A stretch of DNA of 10,944 nt from contig JANLOX010000008.1 in the NCBI GenBank assembly GCA_031366795.1, positions 1-10,944 of the forward strand, in the 5' to 3' direction. The position numbers were made by a program, and so were the translations under genes. The DNA is from Candidatus Eiseniibacteriota bacterium. GTDB taxonomy: Bacteria > Eisenbacteria > RBG-16-71-46. Below are positions 1-8,940 of the stretch, one piece after another; positions within the stretch are counted from its first letter, which is position 1; each line of letters begins with the position of its first letter. Under the pieces are notes generated by a model, which was not told where the DNA came from, searched no databases, and saw only the letters and a list, made by a program, of their open reading frames with translations.

Positions 1-602
1 TCATATTCGGTATCGCGCGGGCCGATGGCGGCGAATTGTGCAACCGCAGCAAGGAAGTGCTGCCGCTGTCCGAGCATGTTGCGGTCGATCTCCCCCGCGA
101 GCGCCAGCGTGACCCCGAGACCGAGCCGCGCCTCGGGGTAGTTCGGGTAGCGATCCAAGGCGTAACGGTACTCGGCTTCGGCGGTGTTGTAGTCATGCTT
201 CGCCAACGCCAGCGCCGCGCCGGCAACGTGCCAACGGATGTTGCCGCCGAAGCGTGGGCGCGCACGCGCAATCAGCGCCGCGGCGTGCACGATACGGTCG
301 TCCATGTCGGGCGCGGGGCGCAGGCCGGGCACCACGTCGCCGGTGATGGCGCTCTCGAAGCGCAACTCGCGCGAGGGCAGCACAACGTGGCCACGCAGCT
401 GCGTGGCGGCGGCGAAGGCGTCGGGATCATCGGGCAGGTTGGCGATGAGCTTCGGCGGGAACACATTGGGCCAGAATGCGGCACCCAGCAGCAGGGCCAA
501 TACCCCAAGGAACATCAACATCGGCATGGCGCGCCACTGCAACCGCCGCTCGATTTCGGCGACGGCCAGCTCGGAGACGTTGGGGGCAGGGGCCTCGGTC
601 AT
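1..602 (-). CDS. Membrane-anchored TPR-like protein, partial (3' end runs off the left edge)
   Basis: Translated by hand from the ATG at 602; the frame stays open to the window edge (200 codons), which probably explains its absence from the ORF track. It reads MTEAPAPNVSELAVAEIERRLQWRAMPMLMFLGVLALLLGAAFWP (one N-terminal hydrophobic helix) and later ALALAKHDYNTAEAEYRYALDRYPNYPEARLGLGVTLALAG, which fits a TPR helix pair (A..Y..AL...P....A...LG). Codons are GC3-rich. Confidence 0.8.
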   Translation of the reverse strand, partial: MTEAPAPNVSELAVAEIERRLQWRAMPMLMFLGVLALLLGAAFWPNVFPPKLIANLPDDPDAFAAATQLRGHVVLPSRELRFESAITGDVVPGLRPAPDMDDRIVHAAALIARARPRFGGNIRWHVAGAALALAKHDYNTAEAEYRYALDRYPNYPEARLGLGVTLALAGEIDRNMLGQRQHFLAAVAQFAAIGPRDTEY

Positions 603-646
603 GGAAGCCAATCCTACCGGAGTTCCCGTCGCGCGCCACGACTCCT

Positions 647-676
647 TTGCCCGCATGCGAATGCCGCTGCTATTCT
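647..676 (+). promoter_or_regulatory. Putative sigma70-type promoter with extended -10 for the nuclease-ATPase operon
   Basis: TTGCCC at 647-652, an 18-nt spacer, and TG-C-TATTCT (TG at 668-669, -10 at 671-676), in the divergent intergenic region upstream of the SD GGAGGA (715-720). Confidence 0.5.
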
Positions 677-729
677 CGCAGGCACGCGCAGGATGCGCGT
701 CACCGCCCCGGCATGGAGGACTTAAGCCA

Positions 730-1962
730 GTGCCTACGCTCAGATTGATCCAACTGTCCGACCTGCACCTGGGCGCCCCCTTCACGTGGCTCGCCCCCGA
801 ACGCCGCGCCGAGCGCCAGCGTGAGCAGCAGCGCGCCCTCGACCGCGCGGTCCAGCTCGCCATCGAACGCTCCGCGGCCGCCATCCTCGTACCGGGCGAC
901 CTGTTCGACGCCGAGGGCGTCAACGCCGAGACCCTGGCGTTCGCCGTCCATGCCTTCGCCAAACCTGGCTGTCCGCCGGTGTTCATCGCTCCCGGCAACC
1001 ACGATCCGTGCACCACGCAGAGCGCCTACTGGAACGAACGTCTGTTGCAGGCGCGCGGCTGGGCATGGCCAGCGCACGTGCATGTGTTCCGCGACGCGGA
1101 GTGGTCGCGCGCCGACCTGCACACGGCACCCGTGACGGTGTGGGGACGCTCGTTCGTCAGCAACGCCCCCACCTTCGGCCGCCCGCTCGAAGCGCGCGCG
1201 CTGCCGGCACCCGCATCACTCACTGCGACGCGCGTGCACATCGCGGTGTTCCACGGCTCGCGCGAGAATGCCTGCCCGCCGGGACAGAAGATCACGGCAC
1301 CCTTCTCCGACGCCGAGATGCTGGCCTCACCCTTCAGCTACGCCGCCGTGGGGCACTACCACACGCTCTCGACGATTGAAGCGAACGGCGCCACGCGACT
1401 GGCCTACGCGGGCTCACCGGTTGCCCTCAACCTCTCCGAGACGGGCGCTCACGGCGTGCTCGAGGTGACGCTCGACACGACCGCGCGCACGGCGCACATC
1501 AAGCCCATCGTGCTCGACGAGCGCCGCGTCTACTCGATCACCGCCGATGTCACGGGCGCGGCCAGCGCCGACGCCATCGACTACCGCATCACCGAAGCGC
1601 TGACCGCGGCCGGCGCCACGGCGCGCGACATCACACGCGTGAAGCTCACGGGCCGCATCGTTCGCGGCGTGCGCTACGCCGCCGCGAGCACCGAGGTCGC
1701 TGCGAAGGTGTTCGCGCTGCGGCTCGACCTGCGCGAACTGCGTCCCGACTACGATCTCGAAGGCATCCGCGCGCGCGAGGCCACGACGACCGAGGACCGC
1801 TTTGCCCATGCGTTGCTCGCCGAGCTCGACGCCGAGCAGGACACCGACAAGCGCACGCGCATCCTCAGCGCCCTCTACTATGGACTCGATGCCTTCCGCC
1901 TGCGCGAAGTGACGCCCGCGTGGGAAGCGATGTCGGCGCTGCCTGAGGAGGTGGAAGCGTGA
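730..1962 (+). CDS. Mre11/SbcD-family DNA repair exonuclease (calcineurin-like metallophosphoesterase, YhaO-like), about 410 aa
   Basis: All phosphoesterase motifs are present: SDLHLG, GDLFD, GNHD, FHGS and GHYH, followed by YAGSP and a C-terminal RVKLTG region. The real start is probably the GTG at 730, with GGAGGA 9 nt upstream and motif I at residues 10-15. The ORF-track start at 238 overlaps the opposite-strand gene. Confidence 0.92.
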   Translation: MPTLRLIQLSDLHLGAPFTWLAPERRAERQREQQRALDRAVQLAIERSAAAILVPGDLFDAEGVNAETLAFAVHAFAKPGCPPVFIAPGNHDPCTTQSAYWNERLLQARGWAWPAHVHVFRDAEWSRADLHTAPVTVWGRSFVSNAPTFGRPLEARALPAPASLTATRVHIAVFHGSRENACPPGQKITAPFSDAEMLASPFSYAAVGHYHTLSTIEANGATRLAYAGSPVALNLSETGAHGVLEVTLDTTARTAHIKPIVLDERRVYSITADVTGAASADAIDYRITEALTAAGATARDITRVKLTGRIVRGVRYAAASTEVAAKVFALRLDLRELRPDYDLEGIRAREATTTEDRFAHALLAELDAEQDTDKRTRILSALYYGLDAFRLREVTPAWEAMSALPEEVEA

Positions 1963-4850
1963 AGCTCCTGCGGCTCAAGACCGACGGCTTCGGCCTGTTG
2001 CGCGGCGAATGGCAGTTCGACCCGGCGCGCTTGAACCTGGTGATCGACGAAAACGAGCGCGGCAAGACCAGCTTGCTGCACGCTATCGTCGCAGGACTCT
2101 ACGGATTGGACGGCGACGCGCGGCGCCATCGCGGCACGATTACGCCGCTCGAACGCTGGCGGCCGTGGGACGGCGGCACCTACCGGCTCGAGCTCGACAT
2201 CGAGAGCGACGGCGAGAAGTACACGATCTCGCGCGACTTCGCGCGCGGCTCGGTCGAGGTGTTCAATGACCGCGGCCAGGACGTGACCCCGGACTTCGCC
2301 ACCGAGAAGGATGGCTTCTCGATCGGCCTGCCCCTGCTGGGCCTCGACGCCGACGAGTTCGCCAAGTGCGCATTCTGGCGCCAGGGCGAACTTGCGGACG
2401 TTGTCCCCGAGCTCGAGAAGGACCGCCGCGCCTCCACACTGCAGGCCCGGCTCGAGAGCGCCGCCGACACGCGCGCCGGTGATGCGAGCGCGATCGAGGC
2501 GATCCAGGCGCTCGAAGCGTCGCTCAAGGCGTTCGACTCGCCCGTGCTCGGCACGACGCTGACCATCGAGAACGCGGTGAAGCGCCTCCAGGGCATGCGC
2601 GAGTTCGAGACCACGCAGATCCGCAGCCTCGAACACGCATACGCGGAAGTGGCAGGGCCGCTGGAACGCATCGCAACGCTCGACGAGGAAGAGTTGGCGC
2701 TGCGCGCTCGTCTGCGCGCGCTCGAAGCGCACGGAGCCACGTTACGCGCGGGCGACGCCACACAGCGGCTCGAGCGCGACGACCAACGCCGCACCGAACT
2801 CGCACAGCGCCGCGCGGAAGCGGAAGCGCTCGCGCCGCTGGCCAACATTCCCGCCGACGCCGAGAGCGTGCTGTCGGCGCAGACGGCGCGCCATTCCGAC
2901 CTCGCCACGCGCGTGAAGGGCGCTGAAGCGAAGCGCCGCGCGATTGAGCCCGAGCTGGCGCGCATGGATGCGGCACTTGAGCAATTCGGCGCGTACGAAG
3001 AGCACACGGCGGAAGACGCCGATGCGCTCGCGGTGAGGGCCGGCGAGTTGCGACGGCTCGAGGAAGAACGCGCGCGCATCGCGCACGAACTCGAGGACGC
3101 ATTGCAGGCCGTGCGCGCCCAGGGTCTCGATCCCGATCGCGCCACCATCCTGCTGCCGCGCTTCGAAGCGCTCACCCTCGAGCAGGGCGACCTGCTCCGC
3201 GACCAGCCGCGAATAGCGCTGACGCAGCAGACCGAGCTGGCGATGGCCGACCAGACGCGCTCGATGGGCCGCACCATGTTGCGCGACATCGGCCAGTGGA
3301 AGCAGCCGCGCTACATCGTGGGGGGAGCCCTCGCGGCACTGGGCCTGGCGGGCACGGCCGTGGCGCTGGCGACCGAGCTGGTCATTCCCCGCCCTGTCGC
3401 GATCATCGCCGGTGTCGCGGTGATGGTTGCCGGCGGCGTGGTTCTCATCGCCACCGCCTATGCGCGGCGCAAGGCCCGCGACGAAGCGCACGAGCGCATC
3501 CACGAAGCCGACGAGCTGCAACGCCAGTCGCAGCTGCGCAACATCGAGAACGACCGTCTGCTGCAGACGGCCGCGACCGAGCTGGGGTACGGGACACCGC
3601 AGGCGCTGCTCGACGAATGGGCCGAGGCGCAGCGGTTGAAGGACCTCGCTTCGCCCGTCCACGCCGCCGAGCAGCAGCGCATGGCGATCGAACGCCAGTA
3701 CGGGGCAGTGCAGACCGCGGCGCGGGCGTTGCTCGCGGGCACGCATGAGGAGGTGACGCCGGACGCGCTCGAGGACGCCGCGACACAGGTTCGCCAGCGC
3801 CTGGCGCTCGAGCAGGATCGCGTAGGTATCGTGCGCCGGCTGGAGCTCGCCGACGCCGAGGCGAACGAAGCGCAGGTTGCAGCACAAGAGATGGAGCAGC
3901 AAGCGGTGAGCACTATTCGCGCCGCGGGCCTCAACTACGAGCCGGGCGGCTCGTGGACCGCGTGGGTCGGCGAAGTGGGCCAGCAGGTGCGCCGCTCACT
4001 ACGCCGCGTCGCGCTGCTCGAACGCGAGATCCCGGCGATCGAGGCCGAGTTGTTCGACGATGCGACGCGCGCGGCGCTGGGCGCCGAGAGAGAGCGCGCC
4101 ACCGCGGCGACCGCGGGCTTGTCCGCCACCGAGCGCGCCGCGGTGCAGGGCGCCAACTCGCCGGCCGAGGCCGAGGCGCTGTCGATGACCACGCGCGCGC
4201 GGCTCGAGGCGCTGCGCGACGAACGCGAGACCTTGCGCCGCGATGTGCAGAACGTGGCGGACCGCTACCACGCCGAACACCCGGGTGCGTGCGCGCGACT
4301 CGAGACGGCGGAGCGCGAACTCGCGCGGGCGCAGACGTTCCGCGACTCGGTGACCTATGCGCGCGAATCGATCGAGCGCGTGGCGGCCGAGACGCATCGC
4401 CGTTGGGCGGAGTTCTTGAACGAGCGCGTCAGCAACCTGCTCAAGGATGTCGGCTCGAGCATCTCGCGCGTGCGCTTCGGCGAGGATCTCGACTTCGCGG
4501 TGTCTCTGGCGAGCGGCCACCAGGCCACGCGTGGCAAGGCGGTGCACCAGCTGTCGAGCGGCGCGCGCGACCAACTGCACCTGGCAGTGAGGCTTGCCAT
4601 CACCGAGTTCCTGTCGCGCGGCGGCGAGAGCATGCCGCTGCTGATCGACGACTGTTTCGCCACGAGCGACGACGACCGCACGCGGCACGGGCTCAAGGTG
4701 CTGCTCGACATGTTCTCGCGCCAGCACCAGATCGTCTTCGTCACCTGCCACCGCGCGCGCCACGAATCGCTGGCCGAGCAGGATGCCGCGTTATACGCTG
4801 AGCGCGTGCACTGGCTCGAATTGCGCGCCCGGGTGGCCAGCGGGGCCTGA
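1959..4850 (+). CDS. Rad50/SbcC/SMC-like ABC ATPase (YhaN/SbcE-like) with long coiled coils and a central transmembrane hairpin, 963 aa
   Basis: N-terminal MKLLRLKTDGFG, Walker A DENERGKTS and Q-loop FWRQG. C-terminal signature LSSGARDQL, Walker B/D-loop LLIDDCFATSDDDR and H-switch VTCH. The arms are A/E/R/L/Q-rich coiled coil, with hydrophobic segments at residues 452-502. GTGA overlap with the nuclease stop and SD GAGGAGG upstream. Confidence 0.92.
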   Translation: MKLLRLKTDGFGLLRGEWQFDPARLNLVIDENERGKTSLLHAIVAGLYGLDGDARRHRGTITPLERWRPWDGGTYRLELDIESDGEKYTISRDFARGSVEVFNDRGQDVTPDFATEKDGFSIGLPLLGLDADEFAKCAFWRQGELADVVPELEKDRRASTLQARLESAADTRAGDASAIEAIQALEASLKAFDSPVLGTTLTIENAVKRLQGMREFETTQIRSLEHAYAEVAGPLERIATLDEEELALRARLRALEAHGATLRAGDATQRLERDDQRRTELAQRRAEAEALAPLANIPADAESVLSAQTARHSDLATRVKGAEAKRRAIEPELARMDAALEQFGAYEEHTAEDADALAVRAGELRRLEEERARIAHELEDALQAVRAQGLDPDRATILLPRFEALTLEQGDLLRDQPRIALTQQTELAMADQTRSMGRTMLRDIGQWKQPRYIVGGALAALGLAGTAVALATELVIPRPVAIIAGVAVMVAGGVVLIATAYARRKARDEAHERIHEADELQRQSQLRNIENDRLLQTAATELGYGTPQALLDEWAEAQRLKDLASPVHAAEQQRMAIERQYGAVQTAARALLAGTHEEVTPDALEDAATQVRQRLALEQDRVGIVRRLELADAEANEAQVAAQEMEQQAVSTIRAAGLNYEPGGSWTAWVGEVGQQVRRSLRRVALLEREIPAIEAELFDDATRAALGAERERATAATAGLSATERAAVQGANSPAEAEALSMTTRARLEALRDERETLRRDVQNVADRYHAEHPGACARLETAERELARAQTFRDSVTYARESIERVAAETHRRWAEFLNERVSNLLKDVGSSISRVRFGEDLDFAVSLASGHQATRGKAVHQLSSGARDQLHLAVRLAITEFLSRGGESMPLLIDDCFATSDDDRTRHGLKVLLDMFSRQHQIVFVTCHRARHESLAEQDAALYAERVHWLELRARVASGA

Positions 4851-4901
4851 GGGCCCGCGGCCTGGGAAGCCGGGGCCTGCGCGGGTGTAATCTAAGGACC
4901 A

Positions 4902-7016
4902 ATGCCGAGCTCCCCCAATCGTCTGGCCCGCGAAAAAAGCCCCTACCTGCTCCAGCACGCGCACAATCCCGTGGATTGGTATCCGTGGGGGGACGAAGCG
5001 TTCGAGCGCTCCCGGCGCGAGGATAAGCCGATCTTCCTGTCGATCGGCTATTCCACGTGCCACTGGTGCCACGTCATGGAGCGCGAGTCATTCGAGAACG
5101 ACGCCGTCGCCGAGATGCTGAACGCGAACTTCGTGCCGGTGAAACTCGATCGCGAGGAGCGCCCGGACGTCGATCGCCTGTACATGACCGCGATGCAGAT
5201 GATGGGCCTTGGGGGCGGCTGGCCGCTCAATGTGTTCCTCACGCCGGACCTCACGCCGTTCTATGGCGGCACGTACTTCCCTCCGCAATCGTCACATGCC
5301 CGCATCGGCATGCTCGACCTGCTGCCGCGCATCGAGGAAGCGTGGCGCACCCAGCGTGACCAGGTGCTCACGCAGGGCGCGCAGGTGATCGAGGCCCTGT
5401 CGAGCCTGGGCGCGCGCCCCGGCGAGCCGGGCGGAGACAGTGCCACGCTGCTCGAGCGCGCGTACGAATCGCTCGCGCGCAGCGAGGACGAAGGCCTCGG
5501 CGGCTTCGGTCGCGAGCCCAAGTTCCCGCAGCCCTCGAACCTCGTCTTGTTGTTCCATTGGTATGCGCGCAATCCGGGGTTGCACCGCGAGGCGCTCGAC
5601 ATGGCCCTGCGGCAACTCGATGCAATGCGTTTGGGCGGCATCCACGATCACCTGGGCGGTGGGTTCCACCGCTACTCGACGGACCGCCTGTGGCTTGTTT
5701 CGCACTTCGAGAAGATGCTCTATGACCAATCGCAGCTTGCGTGGGCCTATCTCGCGGCGTTCCAGCTTACTGGCCAACCCGCGCACGCCGCGGCAGCGCG
5801 TGGCATCTTCGACTACGTCCGCCGCGAGCTGTTGAGCCCCGAGGGCGGCTTTTATTCCGCGGAGGATGCGGACAGCGAAGGCGAAGAGGGGCGGTTCTAT
5901 GTGTGGACGCCCGCTCAAGTCGCCGAGGTGCTCGGGCCAGAAGACGCTGAATTGTTTTGCGCGTACTTCGACATCACGCCACGCGGGAACTTCGAGCACG
6001 CCACGAGCATTATCCATGTCATGCAGCCCCTCGAAGCTCTCGCTCGCGAACGCGGCCTCGACACGGCTGCGTTGGCCGAGCGCTTCGAGCGTTGCCGCGT
6101 CGCCCTGCTCGCGGCGCGCAGCCTGCGCATCCGTCCGCATCTCGACGACAAGGTACTCACCGCCTGGAACGGCCTGATGATCTCGGCGTTCGCGCGCGGC
6201 GCACGGGTTCTGGGCGATGCGTCGCTCGCGGCCACCGCGGTACGTGCGGGCGAATTCATCATGACGCGCATGTGCGATTCCGCGACCGGCGCGCTGCTGC
6301 GCCGTTATCGCGAAGGCGAAGCGGCCGCAGCGGGCCAGCTCGACGACTACGCCTACATGGCCTACGGCTGCCTCGATCTCTATCGCGCCACGTTCGATAT
6401 CGTGTGGCTCGAACGCGCTGTCTCGCTCACTGAAGCGCTGCTCGAACGCTTTGCCGACGACGGGCACGGCGGCCTGTTCGAGAGCCCCGCCGGTGACCCG
6501 CATATGCGTGTGCGCATGAAGAGCGACTACGACGGCGCCGAGAATTCCGGGGCCTCGATCGCGGCGCTCGTGCTGCTGGCGCTCGGGCGCCTGCTGGATC
6601 GCGGCGAGTGGCTCGAGCGCGCAGGCAGGCTGATCGCATTCCACGCGGGCCGCCTGGAGCGCGCCCCCGTCGCGATGCCCACGATGCTGCTGGCGATGGA
6701 CCTCGAAGCGGGAGCGCCGCGTCACATCGTCCTGACAGGACCCCGCGACGACGCCTCGACCCGCGCCTTGGTGGGCGAATTCGACCAACGCTATTGCCCC
6801 GAGGACTTGTTGCTGTTGATCGACAGCAACACCACGCGCCAACGCCTCGCGGCGTTGGCACCGTTCACCGCCGCGCTGGCGTCGCAGCACGGCACCGCCA
6901 CTGCCTATGTCTGCATCCAATATGCCTGCAGGCTGCCGGCGGCCGACCCCTTGAGCTTCGCGGCACAACTCGATGACTTTGCACCCGCCCGCCTGACCAC
7001 CGGAGTCTCCGCATGA
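4902..7016 (+). CDS. yyaL: YyaL/SPATA20 (SSP411, DUF255) family thioredoxin-domain protein with a C-terminal six-hairpin glycosidase-like barrel, 704 aa
   Basis: Family-typical motifs: [104 protein letters not shown] and LDDYA. SD TAAGGA at 4893-4898. No signal peptide. Confidence 0.93.
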   Translation: MPSSPNRLAREKSPYLLQHAHNPVDWYPWGDEAFERSRREDKPIFLSIGYSTCHWCHVMERESFENDAVAEMLNANFVPVKLDREERPDVDRLYMTAMQMMGLGGGWPLNVFLTPDLTPFYGGTYFPPQSSHARIGMLDLLPRIEEAWRTQRDQVLTQGAQVIEALSSLGARPGEPGGDSATLLERAYESLARSEDEGLGGFGREPKFPQPSNLVLLFHWYARNPGLHREALDMALRQLDAMRLGGIHDHLGGGFHRYSTDRLWLVSHFEKMLYDQSQLAWAYLAAFQLTGQPAHAAAARGIFDYVRRELLSPEGGFYSAEDADSEGEEGRFYVWTPAQVAEVLGPEDAELFCAYFDITPRGNFEHATSIIHVMQPLEALARERGLDTAALAERFERCRVALLAARSLRIRPHLDDKVLTAWNGLMISAFARGARVLGDASLAATAVRAGEFIMTRMCDSATGALLRRYREGEAAAAGQLDDYAYMAYGCLDLYRATFDIVWLERAVSLTEALLERFADDGHGGLFESPAGDPHMRVRMKSDYDGAENSGASIAALVLLALGRLLDRGEWLERAGRLIAFHAGRLERAPVAMPTMLLAMDLEAGAPRHIVLTGPRDDASTRALVGEFDQRYCPEDLLLLIDSNTTRQRLAALAPFTAALASQHGTATAYVCIQYACRLPAADPLSFAAQLDDFAPARLTTGVSA

Positions 7017-8899
7017 GAAACGTGCTGCGCCTTGTGACCCTGCTGTCCCTGCTGGCCACTCCCGCATTCGCGCAGTTGGGCAATGGCGGCGCCGCTCCGC
7101 CGCCACCCTCGACGTTGGTCAAGACGTACGCCGCGAAGGTGACGATCGCGGCGGGTGCTGCGGCGACGGCGCAGCTTGAACTCACGATCGAGCCAACGTG
7201 GCACATCAACGCGAACCCGCCTTCGCCCGACTACATGATCCCGACGGTGGTGAGCCTCAAGGCTGCGTCGGGCGTGAGTGCTGGCCACATCCGCTATCCC
7301 ACGGCGCAGCAGCTCAAGGTCGAGTTTGATCCCGCGCCGCTGTCGGTCTACACGAAGTCGGTCACCATCCCGCTGCCCTTGAACGCTGCGGCGACCGCCG
7401 AGACCGGCACGCACACGCTGCACGGCACGCTGCGCTACCAGGCGTGCAACGATCAGGTATGCACGGCGCCTACGTCGATCCCGTTCACGGTCGAAGTCGA
7501 GGTGACGGGTGGAGCGGCGGCCGGCGCAGCCAACATAATCGCCTCAGGCGCTAACACATCTCCCGACACGGGCAGCGCCGCCGCAACCGCAGCCGCGCCC
7601 GCTGAATCCGCGGGCTCCTCACCCCACGCGCTCGCCAGCATCGCAGGCGTGACGCCCACCGAAGCACCGCGCGCTACCGTGACGAACAACCCGATCGCCG
7701 AGGCTCTCGCCAAGGGTGGCTTCGGCGCATTCCTCACGCTGTTCCTGATCGGCCTGGCGCTCAACCTCACGCCGTGCGTCTACCCGATGTTCGGCGTCAC
7801 CGTCTCGATCTTCGGCGCGCGCAGCGCCGCACCCACTATCAAGGTGCTCGGCTCGGCTATGGTCTACGTGCTCGGCATCACCACGATGTACAGCGTGCTC
7901 GGCGTCGTGGCCGCCCTCACCGGTGGGCTGTTCGGCGCGTTCCTGCAGAACCCACTCGTGCTCGCGGCGATCGGCGTGCTGTTGCTGGTGATGTCGCTGT
8001 CGATGTTTGGCGTGTTCGAATTGCAGCCGCCCGCGTGGCTGTTGCAAAAGCTCGGCGGAGGTGGCGCCACCAACGTGCTCGGGTTATTCGTTTCGGGGCT
8101 CGTGGTCGGCGTGTTCGCCGCCCCCTGCGTTGGCCCACCCGTCGTGGCGCTGCTCGCGGTCGTCGCCGCGAAGGCGGATCCGTGGTTCGGCTTCCGCACC
8201 TTCTTCACGCTGGCGCTCGGACTCGGCGCGCCCTACCTCGTACTCGCAACCTCATCGAACCTGTTGCAGAAGCTGCCGCGCTCGGGCGACTGGATGATCT
8301 GGGTGAAGCAGTTGTTCGGCGTCATCCTCGTCGCACTCGGTCTGTTCTATATCTCGCTCTCATTCGCGCCGCAGTTCTCGGCGTGGGTGGCGCCCGCGGC
8401 GTTGTTGATCGGCGGCCTGTATCTCGGCTTCATCGAGAAGAGCGCCGCCAAGCGCAAGAACTTCCTGTTGCTCAAGCGCATTGTCGGCGTCGCCGGCATC
8501 GCGGGTGGTATCGCGCTTATCGCGACCGCACCGAAGCACGCGCTGGAGTTCAAGCCCTACGAGGACGCCGCGGTGCAACAGGCGCTGGCCAGCGGCAAGC
8601 CGGTGATCCTCGAGTTCTCCGCGTCGTGGTGCATCCCCTGCCACGAACTCGAACGCAGCACCTTCTCGGATCCGAAGGTCATTGCCGAGGCGCGCAACTT
8701 CCAGGTGTTCAAGGTCGACCTGACCCGCTCGGATTCTCCCGAAGTCGCCGCGCGCACCAAGCAGTACGCCATCCAGGGCGTGCCCACGGTGATCTTCCTG
8801 AACCATGGCATCGAGGTCACCGAGGCGCGCTTCTCGGGCTTCCTGCCGCCGGAGCAGTTCCTCGAGAAGATGAAGCAGGTGGTCGCGAAGCAGAGCTAA
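7013..8899 (+). CDS. dsbD: Thiol:disulfide interchange protein DsbD (signal peptide, N-terminal Ig-like domain, transmembrane domain, C-terminal thioredoxin domain), 628 aa
   Basis: Signal peptide ending AFA. The N-domain has WHIN and YQACNDQVC, the membrane domain has [10 protein letters not shown] and APCVGP plus KLPRSGDWM, and the C-terminal domain has FSASWCIPC and GVPT. All six redox cysteines are present. ATGA overlap with the upstream gene and SD GGAG at 7002-7005. Confidence 0.9.
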   Translation: MRNVLRLVTLLSLLATPAFAQLGNGGAAPPPPSTLVKTYAAKVTIAAGAAATAQLELTIEPTWHINANPPSPDYMIPTVVSLKAASGVSAGHIRYPTAQQLKVEFDPAPLSVYTKSVTIPLPLNAAATAETGTHTLHGTLRYQACNDQVCTAPTSIPFTVEVEVTGGAAAGAANIIASGANTSPDTGSAAATAAAPAESAGSSPHALASIAGVTPTEAPRATVTNNPIAEALAKGGFGAFLTLFLIGLALNLTPCVYPMFGVTVSIFGARSAAPTIKVLGSAMVYVLGITTMYSVLGVVAALTGGLFGAFLQNPLVLAAIGVLLLVMSLSMFGVFELQPPAWLLQKLGGGGATNVLGLFVSGLVVGVFAAPCVGPPVVALLAVVAAKADPWFGFRTFFTLALGLGAPYLVLATSSNLLQKLPRSGDWMIWVKQLFGVILVALGLFYISLSFAPQFSAWVAPAALLIGGLYLGFIEKSAAKRKNFLLLKRIVGVAGIAGGIALIATAPKHALEFKPYEDAAVQQALASGKPVILEFSASWCIPCHELERSTFSDPKVIAEARNFQVFKVDLTRSDSPEVAARTKQYAIQGVPTVIFLNHGIEVTEARFSGFLPPEQFLEKMKQVVAKQS

Positions 8900-8911
8900 A
8901 GGCGATTGCAT

Positions 8912-8940
8912 TTGACCAGCCTGAGCACGGAGTCGATACT
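8912..8940 (+). promoter_or_regulatory. Putative sigma70 promoter of the toxin-antitoxin cassette
   Basis: TTGACC (8912-8917), a 17-nt spacer and GATACT (8935-8940), directly after the dsbD stop. Confidence 0.55.

Noticed and set aside
36..725. 229-aa plus-strand ORF
   Set aside because: It is the antisense shadow of the minus-strand gene at 1-602, with no recognisable motifs.
238..729. N-terminal extension of the nuclease ORF (574 aa in the track)
   Set aside because: It overlaps the minus-strand TPR gene and reads as an S/R/A-rich shadow sequence. A strong SD and GTG at 730 immediately precede motif I.
98..824. 15-nt direct repeat CGAGCGCCAGCGTGA at 98-112 and 810-824
   Set aside because: Both copies are inside coding regions on opposite strands and bracket no mobile element. 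Chance is plausible in GC-rich DNA.
730..4850. Assignment to the Lamassu or Wadjet defence systems
   Set aside because: No LmuA/LmuC-like or JetA/B/D-like partners are visible. The partner is an Mre11-type phosphoesterase, which fits SbcCD/YhaON better.
1878..7106. Long antisense or alternate-frame ORFs (for example 2180..3289, 2742..3902 and 5292..7106)
   Set aside because: Stop-poor shadow frames are expected in high-GC coding DNA, and these lie wholly over well-supported genes.
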